In this document: positions 23,892-31,432 of the stretch, one piece after another
Position numbering within the stretch: the first letter of the stretch is position 1
Layout of the letters: every line of letters starts with the position of its first letter
Origin: a virus
Lineage: Duplodnaviria > Caudoviricetes
Reading direction: 5' to 3' (one strand)
IMG/VR virus record: IMGVR_UViG_3300033755_000092
Coordinates: 1-31,432 of that record
Length of the DNA stretch: 31,432 nucleotides
Notes under the pieces: generated by a model
Told to the model about the DNA's origin: nothing
What the model saw: only the letters and a program-made list of their open reading frames with translations
The model's database searches: none
Made by a program: the position numbers and the translations under genes

Positions 23892-25356
23892 CTTCCTGCA
23901 CGGCGTCGAGACCATCGAGGTCGACAGCGGCCTCGTCCCCATCCAGCTGGTCAAGACGGCCGTGGTCGGTATCGTGGGCTTGGCGCCCATCTTCCAGGTC
24001 ACTGGCGGCCCCGTCAACGAGCCCACCCTGATCTTGAACGCCCAAACGGGCGCGGCCACGTTCGGGACGTCCCTGCCGGGATTCACCATCCCCGACGCCA
24101 TGCAGGCCGTGTGGGACCAACAGGTCGACGGCCAGGGCTCGGGCGCGTGCATCGTGGTCAACGTCTTCGATCCGACCGTGCACAAGACCAACGTCCCGGA
24201 GACGGCCCAGACCTTCGATTCCACGGGTTCGATCACCTTGGGATTTTACGGCATCACCAACCTGGTGCTCACCAACCAGGCCGGGACCACCACCTACGTG
24301 CTCGGCAAGGACTACGCCCTGGACCCGGTGAACGGCATCATCAGCATCATCACCGGAGGGGCCATCCAGTCCGGAGCCGAGGTGATGGCCGGCTACACCT
24401 ACGCTGACCCCTCCAAGGTAACCGCCGCCGACATCATCGGCGCAGTGAACGCGGCCGGGGATCGCACCGGCATGCAGACCTTTCTGGACTGTGCGAACGA
24501 CTTCGGGTTCACGCCCAAACTCCTCGTCGCCCCGGGCTTCAGTCAGCTGGCCTCGGTGGAGGCGGCCATGGACGTCATGGCCCAGTCCCTCAGGGCCATC
24601 GCCTTCGTGGATGCCCCCATCGGCACCACCGTCCAGCAGGCCATCGAAGGTCGCGGACCCAACGGGAGCATCGCCTTCGACACCAGCTCGGAGCGGGTTG
24701 TGCTCTGCTACCCCTACGTCCAGGTCTTCGACACAGCCTCGAACGCTTACGTACTGGAGCCTTACTCCCAGCGCCTGGCCGGGGTCGCCGCCGCCACGGA
24801 TCTGGCCTTCGGCTACTGGTACTCTCCCTCCAACAAGGAGATCCAGGGCATCACCGGCATCGAACGCAAACTCACCGCAGCCATCAACGACCCCAACTCC
24901 GAGGTCAACCAGCTGAACGAGGTGGGTATCGCCACCATTTTCAACGCCTTCGGCACGGGCCTGCGCAGCTGGGGCAACCGCTCGGCGGCGTGGCCCACGG
25001 AGACCGCCCCCAAAAACTTCATCTGCATCCGGCGCACGGCGGACGTGATCGAGGATTCCATCGAACAGGCTTCGCTCCAGTTCATGGATTTGCCCATCAC
25101 CAACGGCAAGATCGACGCGGTCGTCGAGAGCATAAACAGCTTCCTGCGCACCTTGATCGGGCGTGGCGCATTGGTGGACGGCAAGTGCTGGTACGCTCAG
25201 GCCAACAACCCGGCCACGGAATTGGCCTTGGGTCACATTACATTCAACTATTCCTTCATGCCGCCACCCCCGATGGAACGCATTTCCTACGAATCGCTGG
25301 TGGACATCAACATGCTAAGCGAGCTGGGAACCACCACTTCTCAGCAGGGGACGTAA
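23881..25356 (+). CDS. Contractile tail sheath protein (P2 FI-like)
   Basis: NFLHGVETIEV...PKLLVAPGF...GYWYSPSNKEI...WGNRS...PPPMERI. Confidence 0.95.
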   Translation: MSANFLHGVETIEVDSGLVPIQLVKTAVVGIVGLAPIFQVTGGPVNEPTLILNAQTGAATFGTSLPGFTIPDAMQAVWDQQVDGQGSGACIVVNVFDPTVHKTNVPETAQTFDSTGSITLGFYGITNLVLTNQAGTTTYVLGKDYALDPVNGIISIITGGAIQSGAEVMAGYTYADPSKVTAADIIGAVNAAGDRTGMQTFLDCANDFGFTPKLLVAPGFSQLASVEAAMDVMAQSLRAIAFVDAPIGTTVQQAIEGRGPNGSIAFDTSSERVVLCYPYVQVFDTASNAYVLEPYSQRLAGVAAATDLAFGYWYSPSNKEIQGITGIERKLTAAINDPNSEVNQLNEVGIATIFNAFGTGLRSWGNRSAAWPTETAPKNFICIRRTADVIEDSIEQASLQFMDLPITNGKIDAVVESINSFLRTLIGRGALVDGKCWYAQANNPATELALGHITFNYSFMPPPPMERISYESLVDINMLSELGTTTSQQGT

Positions 25357-25359
25357 GCC

Positions 25360-25878
25360 ATGAATATCTCCGTAAACCGTTGCACTAACGCCAACGTGCT
25401 CCTGAACGGCGAATCCATGCTGGGCCGGGCCGAGGAGGTCGACCTGCCCGACATCAAGACCACCATGGCTGATCACAAAGCGCTTGGCATGCAGGGCAAG
25501 ATGGAACTGCCCAACGGCGTCGACAAACTGGAAGCGTCCTTCAAGTGGAACAGTATCTATCCGGACGTGATGGCCCTGGTGCCCAACCCGTACGTGGCCA
25601 TCTCCGTGCAGGTGCGCGCTTCCGTAGAGACCTGGGACGGCACCGGTTGTTCCCAGCAGGTCCCCCTGGTGACGTATTTGACCGGATCGTTCAAGGAGTT
25701 CTCCGCCGGCAAGTTCAAGCCACGAGAAAACGCCGAGTTCCCTTCCAAAATGAACGTCACCTACATCAAACAAAATCTGAACGGCGTGGACCTGTTCGAA
25801 ATCGACATGCTCAACAATATCTACAACGTGAACGGCGTGGATCTGTTGTCCGCGTACCGGGCTAATCTGGGCGTCTAA
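25360..25878 (+). CDS. Tail tube protein (P2 FII-like)
   Basis: LGRAEEVDLP...GVDKLEASFKW...EIDMLNNIYNVNGVDLLSAYRANLG. Confidence 0.92.
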   Translation: MNISVNRCTNANVLLNGESMLGRAEEVDLPDIKTTMADHKALGMQGKMELPNGVDKLEASFKWNSIYPDVMALVPNPYVAISVQVRASVETWDGTGCSQQVPLVTYLTGSFKEFSAGKFKPRENAEFPSKMNVTYIKQNLNGVDLFEIDMLNNIYNVNGVDLLSAYRANLGV

Positions 25879-25902
25879 CCCCCAAACAGACAGGAGAAGA
25901 TC

Positions 25903-26400
25903 ATGGACGACATCACCCCCATCGACGCAACCACCACTCCCGCCGACGGCGACCAGGTCGACACCACGAACGCCGGTTCGCAGGGTTCGAACGCCCAGGG
26001 CGACGGCTCGCCTGAAGCCGGCACGCAGCCCGACGCCGACGCGGCTACGCCGGGTGCCGGCACCGCCAGTGTGTCCGGAGCTGCCGCTCCCGGAACGACC
26101 GCTCCGCCGCCGGCGGCCCTTCCCGCCGGCGGCGTCACCCTCTCCGACGGCCGCGTGGCCGTGGTGCGCCGGGGCAAGGGCCGCGACATGCTGGAAGCCA
26201 GCCGCCGTTCCGGAACGGACCTCAGCCGCATCCAGTTCGATTTGCTCAGCGTGCTCACCCTTATCGATGGGCAGCCGCTCCATTTCGATGAGTTGATGGA
26301 GATGGACATGGAAGACATCTCCGAGCTGATGCTGGCCTCCGGAGGCGCGAAGACGGATTTTTTCCGCAACCCCGGCACCTCCTCCACCTCGCCGCAGTGA
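25903..26400 (+). CDS. Tail assembly chaperone (gpE-like) with long low-complexity N-terminus
   Basis: VTLSDGRVAVVRRGKGRDM...ELMEMDMEDI; lies between tube and tape measure. Confidence 0.8.
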   Translation: MDDITPIDATTTPADGDQVDTTNAGSQGSNAQGDGSPEAGTQPDADAATPGAGTASVSGAAAPGTTAPPPAALPAGGVTLSDGRVAVVRRGKGRDMLEASRRSGTDLSRIQFDLLSVLTLIDGQPLHFDELMEMDMEDISELMLASGGAKTDFFRNPGTSSTSPQ

Positions 26401-26504
26401 GCCATACCTCGCTGACGGAGATCCTGGAGATGGACGCCGGCGAGTTGTGCTTCTGGGTGCGCGAGTCGGTGGACTACCACAACAGCCTGCACAAGGCGGA
26501 TTGA
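26358..26504 (+). CDS. gpE'-like extension reached by programmed -1 frameshift
   Basis: Slippery T-TTT-TTC at 26358-26364; the -1 frame gives FPQPRHLLHLAAVSHTSLTEILEMDAGELCFWVRESVDYHNSLHKAD*. Confidence 0.8.
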   Translation, partial: FFPQPRHLLHLAAVSHTSLTEILEMDAGELCFWVRESVDYHNSLHKAD

Positions 26505-26507
26505 ACC

Positions 26508-28676
26508 GTGAGTATGATGCAACTCGGCCTGGCGCTGGTGGCCTACGACAAGCTCTCCGGGGTGGTGGACAACGCCATGGGGCGCGTCACTCGCAGCCTC
26601 TCCGGCGTCCAGGCCAAGGCCATGGAGGTCTCCCGCAAGATGGCCGAGATCGGCACGGGAGCCTCCATGGCCGGGCATCAGATCATGGACGCCATGCGCA
26701 CGCCTCTTGGAGCGTTCGCGGAGCAGGAACAAGCCCTCTCCAAGCTGGAGATGGTCTTCATGGACTCTTACGGCAAGATCCCGGCCGCCCTGGCCGAGAC
26801 CAAGCGCCAGGTCGTGGAGCTGGGCAACACCAACCCCGGGACCGACGCCATTTTCGCCAACACGGCCGTGGCCCTGCGCAAGCAGGGCATGGCCCTGGAG
26901 GACATCAACAACGGGGCTCTCAAGGCCGCCGCCGCTCTGGCCATCACCCTGGACAAGCCGGCCCAGGAAATGGCCGAGATGGTGGGCAAGCTGCGCGAGG
27001 GCTTCGGCCTGGCGGGTAGTGAGTTGCCCAAAATGGCGGACATCATCCAGCGCACCTCCATCGGTTTCGGGGTGGACCCCGAGTCCATGCGCTACGCGTT
27101 GCAATATGCCGGGTCCACCATGCGCGCCCTGCACATGGAGGGAGCGGAAAGCGCCAAGCAGTTTCTGACTATCCAGGGCCTCATGCAGCAACGGGGCGTC
27201 GAAGGCTCGGTCTTCGGCACCAACTTCGCCCAGATGGTCAATCAGGCCGGCATGCTGGACACAAAGCTCATGCGGCATTCGGCCATCATGAAGGAGGTGA
27301 ACAAGGACCTGGCCGATCAGGGCATCAAGCTCCAGTTCTTCAACGAACAGGGCAAATTCGCCGGCATGGAGAATTTCATCTCCCAGTTGGAGAAGCTCAA
27401 GACCCTAACAGACAAAGAACGTTTGACGGTCTTGAACCGTCTCTTCGGCATGGAGGGGGCTCGCACGGCCATCCAGTTGATGGAGATCGGCAACGAGGGG
27501 TTGCGCAAGGGCTATGCGGTGCAGGAAGCGCAAGCCAACATCACCGACCGCAACAACAAGATGCTCGGCACCACCCTCAACCTGTGGATCGCCTTCACCG
27601 GCACCATGCGCAACCTCTTTGCCGCCCTGGGCGGTCCGGCCGTTACTGCCCTCAAACCTCTGCTGGACAGCATCAACCTTTTCGCCGGCGCTGATGGGCC
27701 ACTGGCCCGGTGGGTGCATCGAAACCAGGAACTGGTGAAGTGGGTCGGATTGTTGGTTCTTGGTGGCGGCGTCCTTCTTGTGGGGCTCGGTGGCCTTGGC
27801 ATCGTCCTGTCCTTTGTGGCGCGTGGGGCGGCCATGACCATAGGCGGTTTTGGTTCGCTCGTCACGTGCGCCAAGTGGCTGGGCAGCTGCATCTCGTTGT
27901 TAGGGCCTGTGTTCAGTGTGGTTGGACGCATCATGATGGCGAGGTTGATTCCGGCGGTTATCGCTGCCACGCAAGCATTTTGGGCTTGGGGCGTCGCCAT
28001 GATGGCCACGCCCGTTGGCTGGGTCGTGGCGGCCATCGTGGCCATAGCCGCCGGGGCCTACCTCATCTGGAGGAACTGGGACACCATCAAGGCCTGGTTT
28101 TCCGCCTTCTGGAGCTGGCTCACCAACCTGTTCAGTCAGATGGTCTCCTGGTTCATGGGGCTGGGTTCAAAGTTCGTCGAGGCTGGTTCGAACATCATGA
28201 CCTCGCTCTGGCAAGGCATCTCGTCCAAGGCCCAGATGGTGATCGACAAGGTCAAGGAAATAGCAGGCAAAGTCCGGGGCTACTTCCCTTTCTCGCCGGC
28301 GAAAGAAGGGCCGTTGCGTGACATCCACCGCATCAAGTTGATCGAAACCATCGCCGCGTCCATCAAGCCGGGCTCGCTGGTCAAAGCCATCAGCAGCACG
28401 GTTGCAGCCGCCCAGCTCGCCCTCGCTCCGCTGGCCATGCCGGCCATGGCCATGCCCAACCTGTCCCCGGCCAAAATCGCTCCGGCAGCGCAGGGCGCGG
28501 CCCAGCGAAGCGCTCCCATCACCATCCACTTTTCACCGCAGGTCACCGTGCATGGGCAATCCGGAGACGGCACCGACATCAAAGGCCAGGTCATGGACGC
28601 GCTCAAAAAACATGAGCACGAACTGGTGCGCATGATCGAAGACGTGCAGCGCCGGTACGGCCGGAGGGCCTACTAA
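26508..28676 (+). CDS. Tail tape measure protein
   Basis: 722-aa Ala/Gly-rich helical protein with hydrophobic segments, Trp periodicity and YFPFSPAKEGPL. Confidence 0.92.
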   Translation: MSMMQLGLALVAYDKLSGVVDNAMGRVTRSLSGVQAKAMEVSRKMAEIGTGASMAGHQIMDAMRTPLGAFAEQEQALSKLEMVFMDSYGKIPAALAETKRQVVELGNTNPGTDAIFANTAVALRKQGMALEDINNGALKAAAALAITLDKPAQEMAEMVGKLREGFGLAGSELPKMADIIQRTSIGFGVDPESMRYALQYAGSTMRALHMEGAESAKQFLTIQGLMQQRGVEGSVFGTNFAQMVNQAGMLDTKLMRHSAIMKEVNKDLADQGIKLQFFNEQGKFAGMENFISQLEKLKTLTDKERLTVLNRLFGMEGARTAIQLMEIGNEGLRKGYAVQEAQANITDRNNKMLGTTLNLWIAFTGTMRNLFAALGGPAVTALKPLLDSINLFAGADGPLARWVHRNQELVKWVGLLVLGGGVLLVGLGGLGIVLSFVARGAAMTIGGFGSLVTCAKWLGSCISLLGPVFSVVGRIMMARLIPAVIAATQAFWAWGVAMMATPVGWVVAAIVAIAAGAYLIWRNWDTIKAWFSAFWSWLTNLFSQMVSWFMGLGSKFVEAGSNIMTSLWQGISSKAQMVIDKVKEIAGKVRGYFPFSPAKEGPLRDIHRIKLIETIAASIKPGSLVKAISSTVAAAQLALAPLAMPAMAMPNLSPAKIAPAAQGAAQRSAPITIHFSPQVTVHGQSGDGTDIKGQVMDALKKHEHELVRMIEDVQRRYGRRAY

Positions 28677-29776
28677 TGTACGCCCAGCTCGGCGACGTCA
28701 CATTCGACCTCCCCACCTATTGGGACGCCCACGGCGTCAGGCGAGCCTACGAGTATGCCGAGCATAAGGTCATCGAAGGCAAGCCCCGTCTGCAATGGGT
28801 CGGCGATGCCCTGGACGAAATCAGCATCAAAATCGTTCTGCACGCCTCGTACTGCAATCCCGAGCTGGAGCTGAACAACCTGCGCAACGCGGCGACGGCG
28901 CATCAGGCGTTGCCCTACGTCACCGGCGCGGGCGTGTACAAGGGCAATTACGTCATCACCGCGTTGGAAGAGGACACCAGGCATACCGACCCTCAGGGGC
29001 GAGTCATTTACCTGGAGGCCATGCTCTCCCTTAAGGAGTACGTGGGCGTCACCTCAACGCCCTCCGGTGAAGCCGTGGTGACCATCGGGCAGACGATTCC
29101 CGGCGCGGTCAACAACGTCCAGGCGGCCGTCACGGTGGCTGCCGGCCTCACCGACGCGGTGGCCAACACTGCCGAGGCGGTGTGCACGTGCATGGAGATC
29201 CTGCATGTCGACTGGCCAAGCGCCCTGAACTCGCTGGTCAAGATTGCGGAGCTTGGCGCGTGGTCAGCCGCCCAGACAGTAGCCCAACTGGCCACTGTGA
29301 CCGTGGTCGCCAACACTGTAGGAATCACCGGCCTTTCCGGGCTGGCCCAGGTGGGCGCGGCAGCGATCCTGGCGGTGGACTGCGCGAGTGATCCCGTCAC
29401 CGGTATCGCCTGCCTGACAGCCTTCCTGGACGGACTCTCGGGTTCTAACCTGCTTGGTGCGTTCGCAACCAAGCTGGCCAGCGTCCCCACCGATCCCCTT
29501 CAGGCCCTGGCCGCCTCCCAGGGGGGCGACCTCGTCTACGCGGCCGGAACGCAACTGCGCATGACGGCCTCGGCCAATCCGGCGCTCGTCCCGGCGTGGC
29601 TGCCCCCGGATGCCGTAGACTTCGGTGTTGTCCTCATGAGCCGGCTGCCGCTCTATGAACAACTATTAGGTCAGATAACGGCCTTCGCCGACCAGGACGC
29701 CGGCGTGCCCATCTCCCTTTTCGCCGAGCCGTTGTCCTTCGACTGGGTGCACACACTGGTGAGGTTCCCGGCATGA
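28676..29776 (+). CDS. P2 gpU-like tail protein with long C-terminal extension
   Basis: MYAQLGDVTF...YAEHKVIEGKPRLQWVGDALDEI...LSLKEY (about 122 aa) followed by about 240 extra aa. Confidence 0.85.
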   Translation: MYAQLGDVTFDLPTYWDAHGVRRAYEYAEHKVIEGKPRLQWVGDALDEISIKIVLHASYCNPELELNNLRNAATAHQALPYVTGAGVYKGNYVITALEEDTRHTDPQGRVIYLEAMLSLKEYVGVTSTPSGEAVVTIGQTIPGAVNNVQAAVTVAAGLTDAVANTAEAVCTCMEILHVDWPSALNSLVKIAELGAWSAAQTVAQLATVTVVANTVGITGLSGLAQVGAAAILAVDCASDPVTGIACLTAFLDGLSGSNLLGAFATKLASVPTDPLQALAASQGGDLVYAAGTQLRMTASANPALVPAWLPPDAVDFGVVLMSRLPLYEQLLGQITAFADQDAGVPISLFAEPLSFDWVHTLVRFPA

Positions 29777-29997
29777 GCACCACGGCCATCCAGCACACCA
29801 CCACCGAGGGCGAACGCTGGGACCTGCTCGCCTGGCGTTACTACGCCGACCCCATGGCCTACGAGCAGATCCTGGCCGCCAACCCCCAGATGCCGTTCTG
29901 CGCGGTGCTGCCGGGCGGCCTGACCCTGTACGTCCCCGTCACCACCGCCTCGGACACCGTGAGCGCCCAGGATCTGCCGCCGTGGAAGCAATCCTAG
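29773..29997 (+). CDS. P2 gpX-like tail protein
   Basis: HTTTEGERWDLLAWRYY...ILAANP...LPPWK. Confidence 0.9.
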   Translation: MSTTAIQHTTTEGERWDLLAWRYYADPMAYEQILAANPQMPFCAVLPGGLTLYVPVTTASDTVSAQDLPPWKQS

Positions 29998-30977
29998 TAC
30001 CCACGCCGACCTATCAGGTCACCTGGGCCGGCGTGAATGTCACCGGAGCCGTCACGCCGTACGTGCTGGCCCTCACCTATACTGACTACGCCCACGGCCA
30101 GTCCGATGAGCTGGAACTGGACCTGGAGGACATTGGAGGGGGCTGGAAGGATGGCTGGTACCCGAACAAGGGCGACGTCATCACGGCCCGCATCGGCTAC
30201 CAGGGCTCTGCGCTCGTGAATGCCGGCGACTTCCAGGTCGAGGAGTTCGAGGCCAAGGGTCCTCCGGATACAGTCCACGTGCGCGCCCTGGCCACCGGCG
30301 TCACGCAGACCCTGCGCACGGCCCGTTCCCAGGCCTATGAGGACCAGAGCCTGCGGAACATCGCCCAGGCCATCGCGACCAGGCAAGGCATGACCGTGGT
30401 GGGAAGCGTTCCCGACGATATTGTGCTTCAGCGCGTCACCCAGAATCAGGAGCGTGACCTGGAGTTCCTGAAACGGGTCGCCGAGCAATACGGCCAAGTG
30501 TTCACCGTCAAGGGCACACAGCTCATCTTCATGGACCGCTCCGGTCTCATCGATCAGCCCCCGGTGCTTACTCTCCAGTACGGCCCGGACTTCTCACGGT
30601 ACTCCATCAAGGACAAGGGCCTCGCGACGTGCAAGGGTGCCAGGGCCGCCTATGACGACCCATGGACCAAGACGACCCACGATGAGCAGGTCCAAGCCGC
30701 CACTGCCGACGGCGTGGCCGACTCCATCAAGGTCACGCACCGTGCCGAATCCAGCAAACACGCCCGCATGCAGGCTCAGGCGGCCATGGACGTGGCCAAC
30801 GAGGCCCGCTTCGAGGGCAGCGTCACCGTGGTGGGCGATCCCACATTGGTGGCGGGCAACACCGTGGCCCTGGCTGGTCTCGGCAAACTCTCCGGCACAT
30901 ATCTCATCAACTCGTCACGCCACCGGATAGGACGCGATACCGGCTACAGCACGGAGATGGAGGTGCGCCGTGCTTAA
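29982..30977 (+). CDS. P2 gpD-like baseplate hub (late control D)
   Basis: TYTDYAHGQSDELEL...GPPDTVHVRA...TQNQERDLEFLKRVAEQYG...GDPTLVAG...GYSTEME. Confidence 0.9.
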   Translation: MEAILVPTPTYQVTWAGVNVTGAVTPYVLALTYTDYAHGQSDELELDLEDIGGGWKDGWYPNKGDVITARIGYQGSALVNAGDFQVEEFEAKGPPDTVHVRALATGVTQTLRTARSQAYEDQSLRNIAQAIATRQGMTVVGSVPDDIVLQRVTQNQERDLEFLKRVAEQYGQVFTVKGTQLIFMDRSGLIDQPPVLTLQYGPDFSRYSIKDKGLATCKGARAAYDDPWTKTTHDEQVQAATADGVADSIKVTHRAESSKHARMQAQAAMDVANEARFEGSVTVVGDPTLVAGNTVALAGLGKLSGTYLINSSRHRIGRDTGYSTEMEVRRA

Positions 30978-31432
30978 ATTCGGCATCGTGAGCCAGATTG
31001 ACGCCACGAGCGGCCGGGTCAAGGTCAAGTTCGGGTCAGATGAGGGGCTGGAATCCTACTGGCTGCACGTGCTGGCCGCAAACACCCAGAACGCCAAGTT
31101 CTATGCCATGCCCGAAGTGGGCTCGGGCGTGGCCTGCCATGTGGACGAGCACTGTGAGAACGGCGTGGTGATGGGCACGATCTATTCTCAAACCGACACG
31201 CCCCCGGTCACGGATTCGAACAAGTTCCATGTGCTGTTCAAAGACGGCACGTGGCTCGAATACGATCAGGAGCAACACAAGCTGACCGGCCAAGTGCAGG
31301 GTGCAGTGGCGTTGGAAGCCACCGGTGCTATTCAGGTGTCTACGGAAAAAACGCTCATATTGGAAGCAGCCCAGGAGGTCCTGATCCGCACGCCGCACTT
31401 CCTCGTGCAGTCCCTGGACGGGAAGGGAATAT
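30970..31432 (+). CDS. Baseplate spike protein gpV (partial, runs off right edge)
   Basis: MLKFGIVSQIDATSGRVKVKF...ESYWLHV...MPEVGSGVAC...GVVMGTIYS...FKDGTWLEYD. Confidence 0.9.
   Translation, partial: MLKFGIVSQIDATSGRVKVKFGSDEGLESYWLHVLAANTQNAKFYAMPEVGSGVACHVDEHCENGVVMGTIYSQTDTPPVTDSNKFHVLFKDGTWLEYDQEQHKLTGQVQGAVALEATGAIQVSTEKTLILEAAQEVLIRTPHFLVQSLDGKGI

Larger units (their letters stand above)
230..31432 (+). mobile_element. Mu-like transposable prophage with P2-like contractile tail (right part outside window; exact left end not resolved)
   Basis: Repressor, DDE transposase, AAA ATPase, Gam, GemA, Mor, Mu gp28/gp29/gpF/gpG/gp36/gp37-like head genes, then sheath, tube, chaperone, tape measure and U/X/D/V-like tail genes. 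Confidence 0.95.

Noticed and set aside
1-31432. Reverse transcriptase/DGR, retron, invertase or Mom-type modification genes
   Set aside because: No such motifs in any ORF here; tail fibre and right-end genes lie beyond the window.

Overview
Nearly the whole window is one GC-rich, Mu-like transposable prophage, cut off on the right inside the baseplate spike gene. Order on the sequence: (1) the tail end of a probable tyrosine integrase; (2) a leftward repressor pair; (3) a rightward early operon with a DDE transposase, MuB-like ATPase, Gam, accessory ORFs, GemA and Mor; (4) a small accessory block including a secreted PLD-family nuclease; (5) an inverted head-packaging operon (terminases, portal, MuF with a C-terminal nuclease-like extension, gpG); (6) a rightward late operon with lysis genes, protease/scaffold, capsid and a P2-like contractile tail. 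The strongest non-coding signal is a pair of type II hammerhead ribozymes (6937-6996 and 7241-7300). Both have complete cores, GUC cleavage sites, compensatory stem changes and a pseudoknot. They bracket a small AT-rich ORF, so double cleavage would release a 304-nt RNA whose ends rebuild a chimeric hammerhead that might circularise. A second candidate is a multi-stem structured RNA directly after the MuF-nuclease gene. All family calls come from motif recognition by eye; no database searches were run.
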